DNA from: a phage
Sequence record: PZ386962.1
Strand: one strand, 5' to 3'
DNA length: 42,716 nt
A program made the position numbers and the translations under genes. A model generated the notes under the pieces. That model worked only from the letters and a program-made list of their open reading frames with translations, was not told the origin of the DNA and did no database searches. Position 1 is the first letter of the stretch, and the number at the start of each line of letters is the position of its first letter. Of this stretch, positions 23,156-31,014 are shown piece by piece.

Positions 23156-25588
23156 GTGGACTTACTTGCTGAGCAGATTCGACTTGAAGAAGAAGCACGA
23201 GCCAGACACCGCGAGGGCTGGCTGGACAATATCAAAGAAGCCATGGCTAGTGGCCGGGCCGGGTCGGTGCCGTTGCTCCAGCGTATGATGGTAGAGGCGT
23301 ATCCTCTTGTCGAAGCTGCGATGCAAGAAACCCTGAACGAAACGACCCGTGGGTACGGTGCGCAGTACCGGACGTACATGCGTGAGATTGGCACCAAGGC
23401 GTGTGCCTCTCTTGCACTGAGCATGGCGGTGTCCGGTGCTGCGTCGGAGCAGGCGGTGCTGAGTCTGCTTAAGAGTATGGGTAAAGCGCTGATGGCTGAG
23501 GTGGTGTATCTCCGGGCGAAGCAGACCGGGCCACAGCAGGCAGCGTACATGGAGCGCGTGAAGCAGGACGTTAAGAAGTCCCGGTCGAAGTCAGCCAACC
23601 ACGTCTACAACAAAGCGCGTGCGTCGGCGGCGAACGTTGGGGTCGAGATTGATGTGCTGCCGCAGCGTGCTCTGATTACCATTGGCAAGCTGATGATGAA
23701 ATGCGTGGAGCCAACTGGGTTGGTGGCTACGATTCGCGTCGGCGGCAACCAACGTCAGCGCGGTACGGCACACTTCGCACTGCATGAGGATGTGCTGGCT
23801 ACGATGAACGACTGGCTGGACATGCCGCGTGCTGATGGCATGTGCTGCCCACCGTTGATTATCCCACCGAAGCAGATTGCACCGAACGGTCGCAGCGGTA
23901 TGTGGCACTCGGATGGGCAGGCGGCGATGTACCGGGTAATGAGTCGCATGAACCACAAAGGGTATCGTGCATTGAACGTTGACCCGACCCCTGTTATAGA
24001 GCCGTGTATGATGCTCAGCAGCGTTCCGTACCGAATTAACCCAATGGTACTGGAGTTCCTGAGAACGAACCGTACAGGCGTTATGGGGCTGCCTGTGCCG
24101 CCTCGTGAGCCTAAGCTCCCATTCACCATCCCGGCTGGTGTCAGCTTCGCGCAGTACATCAGCAAGTTCCCACCAGAGATGCAGCAGCAGATGGATGCCG
24201 AGGCTCATGAGTACAAGGTTAAGACTCGCTTGTATTACAATGAGTTGCGTAAGTTCACGTCGCAGATGCTGGCGCTGAATGGTGCAGTCAAAGAGGCAGA
24301 GCGCTATGCGCATTATGACCGGGTATACCTCCCGACCTACGCTGATACACGGGGCCGAATTTATTATTCTTCGACCCTTAACCCTCAGTCCATCGACGCA
24401 GTGCGAGCGCTGCTCGAACTTGCTGAACCAGTGGCTCTCGGAAGTGAGGGGTTATTCTGGCTCAAGGTACATGTTGCGAATTGCTTCGGCTACGACGCGA
24501 CAGACTTCGAAGACCGGGCGGCGTGGACGGACAAGACACTCCCCCGACTACGTGAGGCGTGCCGTCTTCCAGAGGCATTTGATTCGTTCTGGTCAGAGGC
24601 CGATAGCCCTATCAGCGCGTGGGCTGCATCTGTTGAACTCATTCGCGCTATCGACTCAGGAAATCCTGCGGCTTATCCCTGCCGAGTGGTTACACAATGG
24701 GACGCTACCTGTTCAGGATTACAGCACCTCAGTGCGATGTTACGAGATGAGGTTGGAGGTGCTGCTGTCAATCTTATCGACAGCGTGGGAAGAAAAGCAG
24801 ACATATATCTCAAGACGGCAGCAGCGGCGATGCAGGCTCTTGAAGAAAGTGAGGCAGCAGCGCCGACGCAAATGGGTACGTGGCTTGTTAGCATCGGCAT
24901 CGTTCGGGCTATGGCCAAGAAGCCAGTGATGACCTACGTGTACGGGGCAACCCGGCATGGTATGGTTGATTACTACTGCCTGTATCTGCGTGAGAACCGG
25001 GTCAAGCTGCCGGACGGCAAGAGCCTGCTGGAGTGTGCGCAGTTCATCGCAGAGTTCATGTGGAACGCTATCCCTCGCGTTGTGCCGAAGGCGGCTGAGC
25101 TGATGGCATGGTTGCAGGCTATCGCAGTTGAGGCGGCAGCCAACGGCGAGTACGTGGAAATCATCGCACCGTCAGGGTTGCGGGTGGTTAACCTGTACCA
25201 AGCCAGTAAGGAGACGATGCTCAACAACATCAACCTCATGGGTATCCACAGCATTAAGCTGCGTGAGTATCTGGACAAGCCGGACAGCCGGAAGTGTGCT
25301 GCTGCGATTGCTCCGAATTTCGTACACGCTATGGATGCCAGCCACATGATGAAGGTGCTGTGGGAGATGTGGAACAACGGGGTGTACATGGTATCCATCC
25401 ATGACTCGTTCGGTGTTGCGGCGGCACATGCTGGTCTGCTGCATAAGGTCATTCGTGAAAAGTTCGTACAGATGTATGAGCAACATGACCCAATTCAACA
25501 GCTTGCGGTAAGATACAATGCTGTTCCACCTGAGCGGGGCAATCTGGACATCCAGCTTGTGAAACAATCAAGCAAGTTTTTCTGCTGA
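23156..25588 (+). CDS. single-subunit DNA-dependent RNA polymerase (T7 RNAP family)
   Basis: Motif A-like DATCSGLQHLSAML, motif B-like KKPVMTYVYGAT, motif C HDSFG; 810 aa; GTG start with AAGGAG RBS; sits directly upstream of the structural genes as in phiKMV-like phages. Confidence 0.9.
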   Translation: MDLLAEQIRLEEEARARHREGWLDNIKEAMASGRAGSVPLLQRMMVEAYPLVEAAMQETLNETTRGYGAQYRTYMREIGTKACASLALSMAVSGAASEQAVLSLLKSMGKALMAEVVYLRAKQTGPQQAAYMERVKQDVKKSRSKSANHVYNKARASAANVGVEIDVLPQRALITIGKLMMKCVEPTGLVATIRVGGNQRQRGTAHFALHEDVLATMNDWLDMPRADGMCCPPLIIPPKQIAPNGRSGMWHSDGQAAMYRVMSRMNHKGYRALNVDPTPVIEPCMMLSSVPYRINPMVLEFLRTNRTGVMGLPVPPREPKLPFTIPAGVSFAQYISKFPPEMQQQMDAEAHEYKVKTRLYYNELRKFTSQMLALNGAVKEAERYAHYDRVYLPTYADTRGRIYYSSTLNPQSIDAVRALLELAEPVALGSEGLFWLKVHVANCFGYDATDFEDRAAWTDKTLPRLREACRLPEAFDSFWSEADSPISAWAASVELIRAIDSGNPAAYPCRVVTQWDATCSGLQHLSAMLRDEVGGAAVNLIDSVGRKADIYLKTAAAAMQALEESEAAAPTQMGTWLVSIGIVRAMAKKPVMTYVYGATRHGMVDYYCLYLRENRVKLPDGKSLLECAQFIAEFMWNAIPRVVPKAAELMAWLQAIAVEAAANGEYVEIIAPSGLRVVNLYQASKETMLNNINLMGIHSIKLREYLDKPDSRKCAAAIAPNFVHAMDASHMMKVLWEMWNNGVYMVSIHDSFGVAAAHAGLLHKVIREKFVQMYEQHDPIQQLAVRYNAVPPERGNLDIQLVKQSSKFFC

Positions 25589-25613
25589 TAAATAGTGATA
25601 TGTATCATTGACT

Positions 25614-25633
25614 TATATGAAAGTGTCTATAGT
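25614..25633 (+). promoter_or_regulatory. candidate phage RNAP promoter upstream of late genes
   Basis: TTATATGAAAGTGTCTATAG: AT-rich upstream part, TATA then G at presumed +1; 22-nt match to reverse complement of 4624-4645; ATGAARGTGTCTA core also at 10799 and 25906. Confidence 0.3.
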
Positions 25634-25699
25634 GATATGTATCACGCTACCGGTAGCCCCGTCAGTGGCGGGGGTTACTGCCACTAAGAGAGGATTGTA

Positions 25700-25891
25700 A
25701 TGGGTAAAGAATCTCCATTAGAAAGAGTATCGTTCACTAAAGCTCAGTTAGCTCTACTGGAAAAACACTTCGGAACTTGGGCGGCAGTAGGTAAGACTGT
25801 AACCCCTGATACCAACCTGCCACTGATTAACAGAGAAGCTGGTAAACAAGATGTTATCGACTTCATCCGTGAACGTGTCATCGGACTGTAG
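25700..25891 (+). CDS. hypothetical protein
   Basis: 63-aa ORF, AGAGAGGA RBS. Confidence 0.55.
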   Translation: MGKESPLERVSFTKAQLALLEKHFGTWAAVGKTVTPDTNLPLINREAGKQDVIDFIRERVIGL

Positions 25892-25905
25892 GGAGAGTTG
25901 TCGGT

Positions 25906-26325
25906 ATGAAAGTGTCTACTATGGGAAATACATCACACACGACAATGCCACTCGACATTCGCCGTGCTGTGGCCGAGGGCATCCAAGCCGAGCGGCCATG
26001 GTCAGACTTATCTCCCGATGTGATTGTTGACAGCATGTACGAGGCCACCGCCTCCGGTTGTGTTGACGTTTACATCACTGACGATGACAACAGCCTCATG
26101 GCCGTTGCACACATCGGCAGGTTATTCGATATTCATGTGGGCGAGATGGTGGTCGTTATGGCCTCATACGTCTGGCCCCCGTACAGAAACCGTGGAGTGA
26201 TGCGTGCCATCCTCCGTGTACTCAAAGACGTGGCCCGTTCAGAGGGTGTGCGTTGGTGCGGTTACTCCCATATGGTGCGGCCTTACGTTCAGGAGTACCG
26301 CTTCATTGATTTGGAGAAACCGTAA
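25906..26325 (+). CDS. hypothetical protein (weak GNAT-like motif)
   Basis: 139-aa ORF, GGGAGAG RBS; RNRGVMRAIL resembles acetyl-CoA binding motif of GNAT enzymes, weak. Confidence 0.5.
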   Translation: MKVSTMGNTSHTTMPLDIRRAVAEGIQAERPWSDLSPDVIVDSMYEATASGCVDVYITDDDNSLMAVAHIGRLFDIHVGEMVVVMASYVWPPYRNRGVMRAILRVLKDVARSEGVRWCGYSHMVRPYVQEYRFIDLEKP

Positions 26326-26585
26326 TGGGTAGCGTAGGCAAAGTATTCAAGGGCATTGGCTCGGTCTTCGGGCTGGGTAGCCAAAAGCCTCAGTACACTA
26401 TCAAGACTGACCCGGCGCAGGTGAAGGCAGAAACGATGCAGGCTAACCTTGCAGCCGACCTCGCTGGTGAGAACACCCCAACCATTCAGGCAGGTGGCCA
26501 AGTAAGCTCGGCCTCTGATACGCTGGGTGGTCGCCGCCGTCGCACCGGAACTGGTGTGGCAAGTAACCTCGGCATTGGGAGCTAA
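26325..26585 (+). CDS. hypothetical virion-associated small protein
   Basis: 86-aa Gly/Ser-rich ORF immediately upstream of portal, ATG overlaps previous stop. Confidence 0.5.
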   Translation: MGSVGKVFKGIGSVFGLGSQKPQYTIKTDPAQVKAETMQANLAADLAGENTPTIQAGGQVSSASDTLGGRRRRTGTGVASNLGIGS

Positions 26586-26587
26586 GC

Positions 26588-28153
26588 ATGACTCAAGACG
26601 CGCAGAACGTCAGCTATGAGTCTCTGTGGCAGAAGTACCGGGATAGCAACGTTGTCACCAAAGCGCGGGAATACAGCCGCTATACACTGGCCAAGCTGGT
26701 GAGCGAGTATGACCGCAGTGACGTGGACGACATGAACCGCCAGCAGATTACTCGTGATTACCAGTCTGTCGGCGCTCTGCTCGTCAACAACCTAGTTGCC
26801 AAACTGGGTGAGTTCCTGTTCCCGGCTTCCGCTCGATTCGTGAAGCTGAAATTAAACAAGGTGTCTGACCAACAGCGGCAGTCTATGTCGCAAGTTAATC
26901 AGGCGCTTATCACTATTGAAAAGGCCATCGTAGACAAAGCCAAAGAGAATGGCGGCTACGCTGACCTGCTCCAAGCAATTGCCCAACAAGCTGTGACCGG
27001 AAACGCCGCGCTGTACCGCGATATGGAAACTGGTTCGTACCGAGTGTACGGATTGGAATCCTTCGTGGTGCAGCGCGACGGTCGTGGCGTTGTGGTGGAT
27101 GCTATCGTGAAGGAGCGCATCCAGTGGGATTCTCTGCCCAAGGACTTTCAGAATGAACTGAACTCCAAAGGCTTCCGCTGCGGTGGGAACAAACGCGTAT
27201 GGCTGTACACTCGTGTGCTCCGCGTCCAGAAGGACAGTGGCACGTACGGCTATGAAATCACGCAGCAGATTGGTAACTACCAAGGTTGCGTCTATACCCC
27301 CGGTAAGGATTACTACCCTGAAAAAGTCTGCCCATGGTTATTCCCAGTGTGGTCTTTGAAGTCTGGCGAGCATTACGGTCGCGGGATTGTCGAAGACCAC
27401 GCTGGGGATTTCGCACGTCTGTCCATGCTGTCTGAGCACTCAGCTCTGTACATGCAGGAAGCGCTGCGCGTGCTGTGGATGCTCACTGGTTCTGGCGGCA
27501 ACGTCGATGACATTGAGAGCGCAGAGACTGGTCAGGTCATTCCACTCCAGAACGGCACATCGCTGTCCGGCTTGGAGGTCGGGGATTACCAGAAAGTTCA
27601 ACAGGCCCGTGACGAAATCAACCAGATTGTGCAGCGACTGGCGCAAGCCTTCATGTACACTGGCGAGTTCCGTGACTCCGAACGTACCACCGCCACCGAA
27701 GTGCAGCAGGTAGCAACCAGCGCCGAACGTGGGCTGGGTGGCCCGTACTCAATGCAGGCTAAGACCCTCCAGATTCCTCTGGCGTACGTCCTGCTCGCGG
27801 AGATTGACGAGTCCACCGTACCTGACATCGTAGGCAATATCCTGTCGCTTCAAGTTGAAGCTGGTCTGGATGCCCTCGGTCGCAGCATTGAAGCAGAGAC
27901 GCTGATTCGTGCGCTCTCTGACTCGCAGGCAGCAATGGTTGCTGTCCAAAATATTAATGGCGTTGCTAACACCATCGACCCACAGAAAGTCCTTGAGGTT
28001 ATCTTCGCATCCAACGGTGTTGCGCTTGACGACTATCGTAAGTCGGCACAAGACTTGGCCCAAGAAGGGCAGGCCATCGACAATGCAGCGCAGGCTGCCG
28101 CAGGCGTTCAGCCGGGCGCGGTCGATGTAGCGCCTAACATCGCACAGATTTAA
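26588..28153 (+). CDS. head-tail connector (portal) protein (T7 gp8-like)
   Basis: 521 aa; first large gene of the structural block, followed by scaffolding and capsid genes as in T7-like phages. Confidence 0.75.
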   Translation: MTQDAQNVSYESLWQKYRDSNVVTKAREYSRYTLAKLVSEYDRSDVDDMNRQQITRDYQSVGALLVNNLVAKLGEFLFPASARFVKLKLNKVSDQQRQSMSQVNQALITIEKAIVDKAKENGGYADLLQAIAQQAVTGNAALYRDMETGSYRVYGLESFVVQRDGRGVVVDAIVKERIQWDSLPKDFQNELNSKGFRCGGNKRVWLYTRVLRVQKDSGTYGYEITQQIGNYQGCVYTPGKDYYPEKVCPWLFPVWSLKSGEHYGRGIVEDHAGDFARLSMLSEHSALYMQEALRVLWMLTGSGGNVDDIESAETGQVIPLQNGTSLSGLEVGDYQKVQQARDEINQIVQRLAQAFMYTGEFRDSERTTATEVQQVATSAERGLGGPYSMQAKTLQIPLAYVLLAEIDESTVPDIVGNILSLQVEAGLDALGRSIEAETLIRALSDSQAAMVAVQNINGVANTIDPQKVLEVIFASNGVALDDYRKSAQDLAQEGQAIDNAAQAAAGVQPGAVDVAPNIAQI

Positions 28154-28163
28154 TGGAGAATAC

Positions 28164-29396
28164 ATGTTTGGTGAATCCCAACCTACTGCCGCACCCGCTC
28201 CCCAAAACGTACCCGCTGGCCCGACCTATGCTCCCTCTGGTCACAGCGGTAATGATTATGGTGGAAGCCCACAGGTGGTACAGAACCCAGCGTTAGGCCG
28301 TCTCGGTACGCCAATCGAGTTACCTCGTGGTGGTGCTACCCCGCAGCCTGCGCAGCCGTTCGGACAGCAGCCGGGCCTGATTCCTTATCAGGAGCAGAAT
28401 CCGTATGCACAGCCCCAACAGGGAAACCCAAGTCCTTACGCACCCGTACCTCAGCAGAACCCGTATGGTGCTCCGCAGCAGACCTCTCCGTTTGCGGCAC
28501 CACCAATTCCGGTTAATGGGTATCAGAATCCGGGCGCAACGCCTCCGGGCCAAGCGGCTCCGGCACAACAGTTCCAACAGCCAGTAGCTCCGCAGCCATA
28601 TGCTTTCGACCCGTATGGTCGTCAGCCGGGCGCACAGCCGCAGGCACAGCAGCCTCAACAGCAGCAGCCGCAGCCATTCCAACAGTTGCAGCAGCAGCCG
28701 GGCCAGCCTCCACAGCAGTTCCAGAATCCCAACCTCACGGCTGAGAAACTGGCTACTCAGGAAGGTGGCTTGACCTCCGAGCAGGTTGCTCAGATTTTCC
28801 CGGACGATACCAGTCGCGCCGTATTCCAAGGCATGGACACCATTGCCCGTGGCCAGAACATCGACCTGCTTGCAGCGTTCGGTTCGGCTTACGAGCGTCG
28901 TGACCCGTCTCTGGTGAACGACCGCTATCTGGCTCAGTTCGACCCACAGACTGTATCAATCCTCAAAGGTCAATTCGGCGCACTGGTTGCGGCTGGTCAG
29001 CAGCGTGACGCTGCAATCGAGCAGCAGGTTTATCAGATGGCTGGTGGCGAGGAGCGATGGGGTCTGGCTGTACAGGCATTCAACACCGCCGCCGACAAAG
29101 GCACGGTCGATGCCGTTGTAGCGGCTGTGAACTCCGGCGACCCTAATCAGGTGCGTCTGGCAGTGAACACCATTCTCCAGTTCGCTGGTTCCGCAGGGAA
29201 TATGATTCAGCGTTCTGGTCAAACTTTGACGCCTAATGGTGGCGGTCAAGCACCTCGTGAGGTTATGACCAACGAGGCATTCCGTCAGCATCTTGGCTGG
29301 CTTGAGCAGGCGCATCCTGTTGGTTCCCCGGAATACAACAAGCATTACGCCGTACTGGTAGAGCAGCGCCGTCAGGCTAAAGCTCAAGGTTACTAA
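28164..29396 (+). CDS. scaffolding protein with long Pro/Gln-rich low-complexity region
   Basis: Lies between portal and major capsid genes; GGAGA RBS; residues about 40-190 are P/Q-rich with NPY/DPYG repeats. Confidence 0.65.
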   Translation: MFGESQPTAAPAPQNVPAGPTYAPSGHSGNDYGGSPQVVQNPALGRLGTPIELPRGGATPQPAQPFGQQPGLIPYQEQNPYAQPQQGNPSPYAPVPQQNPYGAPQQTSPFAAPPIPVNGYQNPGATPPGQAAPAQQFQQPVAPQPYAFDPYGRQPGAQPQAQQPQQQQPQPFQQLQQQPGQPPQQFQNPNLTAEKLATQEGGLTSEQVAQIFPDDTSRAVFQGMDTIARGQNIDLLAAFGSAYERRDPSLVNDRYLAQFDPQTVSILKGQFGALVAAGQQRDAAIEQQVYQMAGGEERWGLAVQAFNTAADKGTVDAVVAAVNSGDPNQVRLAVNTILQFAGSAGNMIQRSGQTLTPNGGGQAPREVMTNEAFRQHLGWLEQAHPVGSPEYNKHYAVLVEQRRQAKAQGY

Positions 29397-29416
29397 TTTC
29401 TTCGTAAGGATTTTCC

Positions 29417-30409
29417 ATGGCTGATAACACCTATACCCCAAATCAGTTCCGTCCACACTGGGGTGGCGCGAACTCTGATAACGACATCCACCTTGAGGTG
29501 TATGACCGTGATGTTCAAACCCAGTTCATCTACAACTCCATCTTCCGTTCCGGTCTGACCAACTTCAAGTCTGTGGCTAACCAGTCCAACACTTGGCGTG
29601 GCGACCGTCTCGGCTCTGTGACTGTTAAGGGTCGTCGCTCTGGCGAGGCGCTGGACAACCAGCCAGTTCGCTCTGAGAAACTGATTGTCACTGTGGATAC
29701 CGTGTCTTACATCCGTATCCCGATTGACTATCAGGACGACTGGACTGCGCCGGACTTCCGCGCTGAGCTGACCCGTAACATGGGTACTGCACAGGCGAAG
29801 GCGTTCGACCAAGCGCACGTCATCCAGCTCCAGAAGTCTGCTGACTTCGTGCCTCCGGCTTCTCTGGCTGGTGCGTTCAACGCAGGTATCAAGGAGCAGG
29901 TCACTCTGACTGGCACCGTGGCATCTGAGGAAGATGATGCGTCTGCGCTGGTACACGGCCACAAGAAAGCTATCGAGGCGTTCATTCGCCGCGATGCTGA
30001 CCTTGGCCGACTGGTTACGCTGATTGACCCGGCGTGGTTCAGCATTCTGCTGGAGCACAAGAAACTGATGAACGTTGAGTTCACTGGTGGTCGTGGTGTC
30101 AACGACTTCGCAATGCGTCGTGTTGCGTATGTCAACGGTATCCGTATCATCGAGAGCAACGCGTTCCCGCAGGCGGCAATCACCGACCACATCCTCGGCC
30201 CTGACTTCAACGTCACCGCCGACGAGATTCAGCGCAAGATGATTATCTTCGACCCGTCTCTGGCTCTGGTCACTGTCGAAGCCCAGCCGCTGTTCAACCG
30301 CGTATGGGATGACGAACGTGAACTGACCAACGTTCTGGATAGCTTCCACATGTACACCGTGGGTCAGCGTCGTCCAGACGTGGTTGCTGTAGTTACCACT
30401 GAGTCCTAA
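29417..30409 (+). CDS. major capsid protein (T7 gp10-like)
   Basis: 330 aa; lies after scaffolding gene; AAGGA RBS; followed by hairpin terminator as for T7 gene 10. Confidence 0.8.
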   Translation: MADNTYTPNQFRPHWGGANSDNDIHLEVYDRDVQTQFIYNSIFRSGLTNFKSVANQSNTWRGDRLGSVTVKGRRSGEALDNQPVRSEKLIVTVDTVSYIRIPIDYQDDWTAPDFRAELTRNMGTAQAKAFDQAHVIQLQKSADFVPPASLAGAFNAGIKEQVTLTGTVASEEDDASALVHGHKKAIEAFIRRDADLGRLVTLIDPAWFSILLEHKKLMNVEFTGGRGVNDFAMRRVAYVNGIRIIESNAFPQAAITDHILGPDFNVTADEIQRKMIIFDPSLALVTVEAQPLFNRVWDDERELTNVLDSFHMYTVGQRRPDVVAVVTTES

Positions 30410-30419
30410 TGGTAAACTC

Positions 30420-30442
30420 GAAGCCCTTCTCTGAGGGGCTTC
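30420..30442 (+). terminator. stem-loop terminator candidate downstream of capsid gene
   Basis: Perfect 7-bp stem GAAGCCC/GGGCTTC with 9-nt loop, followed by TATGATTAT; same placement as T7 T-phi. Confidence 0.5.
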
Positions 30443-30465
30443 TATGATTATCACTGGGAGGTTTT

Positions 30466-31014
30466 ATGACTCTACTCGAAGCAGTCAACATTGTTCTTCG
30501 AGCATTGTCTGAACACACTGTATCATCCACCGAGATTCGAAACCCGTCCGTTACCCTTGCACTTGACAAGATTGGTATCGCACAGGAAGAAGTTCTCACT
30601 GATGGTTGGTGGTTCAACAATATTCGAATCACCATCCCCCGCGAAACGGATGGTCGTGTCAAATACCCCGCCGACGCATTGAGCTTCATCCCTGATGGGT
30701 TTGAGTGTATCGTGCGTGGCGGGTATCTTTACAACGCTAATTCCCAAACCTTTGTTTTTACAGAAGATGTTCCGGGATTGGTGACTTACGATTTAGGCTG
30801 GGATGACCTACCCAGTCCGGTACAACGACTCGTTGCATATCAAGCAGCTATCTCCGCGTACTCGGATGACATGGGTGACAATCCCCCGGCCAGTGTTACT
30901 GGTGGTTATGCCATGGCCCTGCAACAGTGCCAGTCTATCCATACCCGCCAGCGTCGATTCAATGCTCGCCAGCGCAAGAGCTGGTGGCGCTATGAGAGTG
31001 CTCGGAGAGGATAA
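30466..31014 (+). CDS. tail tubular protein A (T7 gp11-like)
   Basis: 182 aa, position after capsid gene, GGGAGG RBS. Confidence 0.7.
   Translation: MTLLEAVNIVLRALSEHTVSSTEIRNPSVTLALDKIGIAQEEVLTDGWWFNNIRITIPRETDGRVKYPADALSFIPDGFECIVRGGYLYNANSQTFVFTEDVPGLVTYDLGWDDLPSPVQRLVAYQAAISAYSDDMGDNPPASVTGGYAMALQQCQSIHTRQRRFNARQRKSWWRYESARRG

Noticed and set aside
25618-25701. 27-codon ORF starting at the ATG inside the promoter-like motif (MKVSIVICITLPVAPSVAGVTATKRGL)
   Set aside because: No RBS, and the ATG is part of a repeated DNA motif found at four loci; more likely a DNA/RNA element than a peptide gene.
29393-30454. Long minus-strand ORFs (for example 29393-30454, 35835-36620, 37832-38959, 39164-40054, 9958-10737, 8735-9418)
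   Set aside because: Each lies antisense to a well-supported + strand gene with recognisable motifs or conserved position; the genome appears uniformly + strand coded like other T7-like phages; no RBS support.
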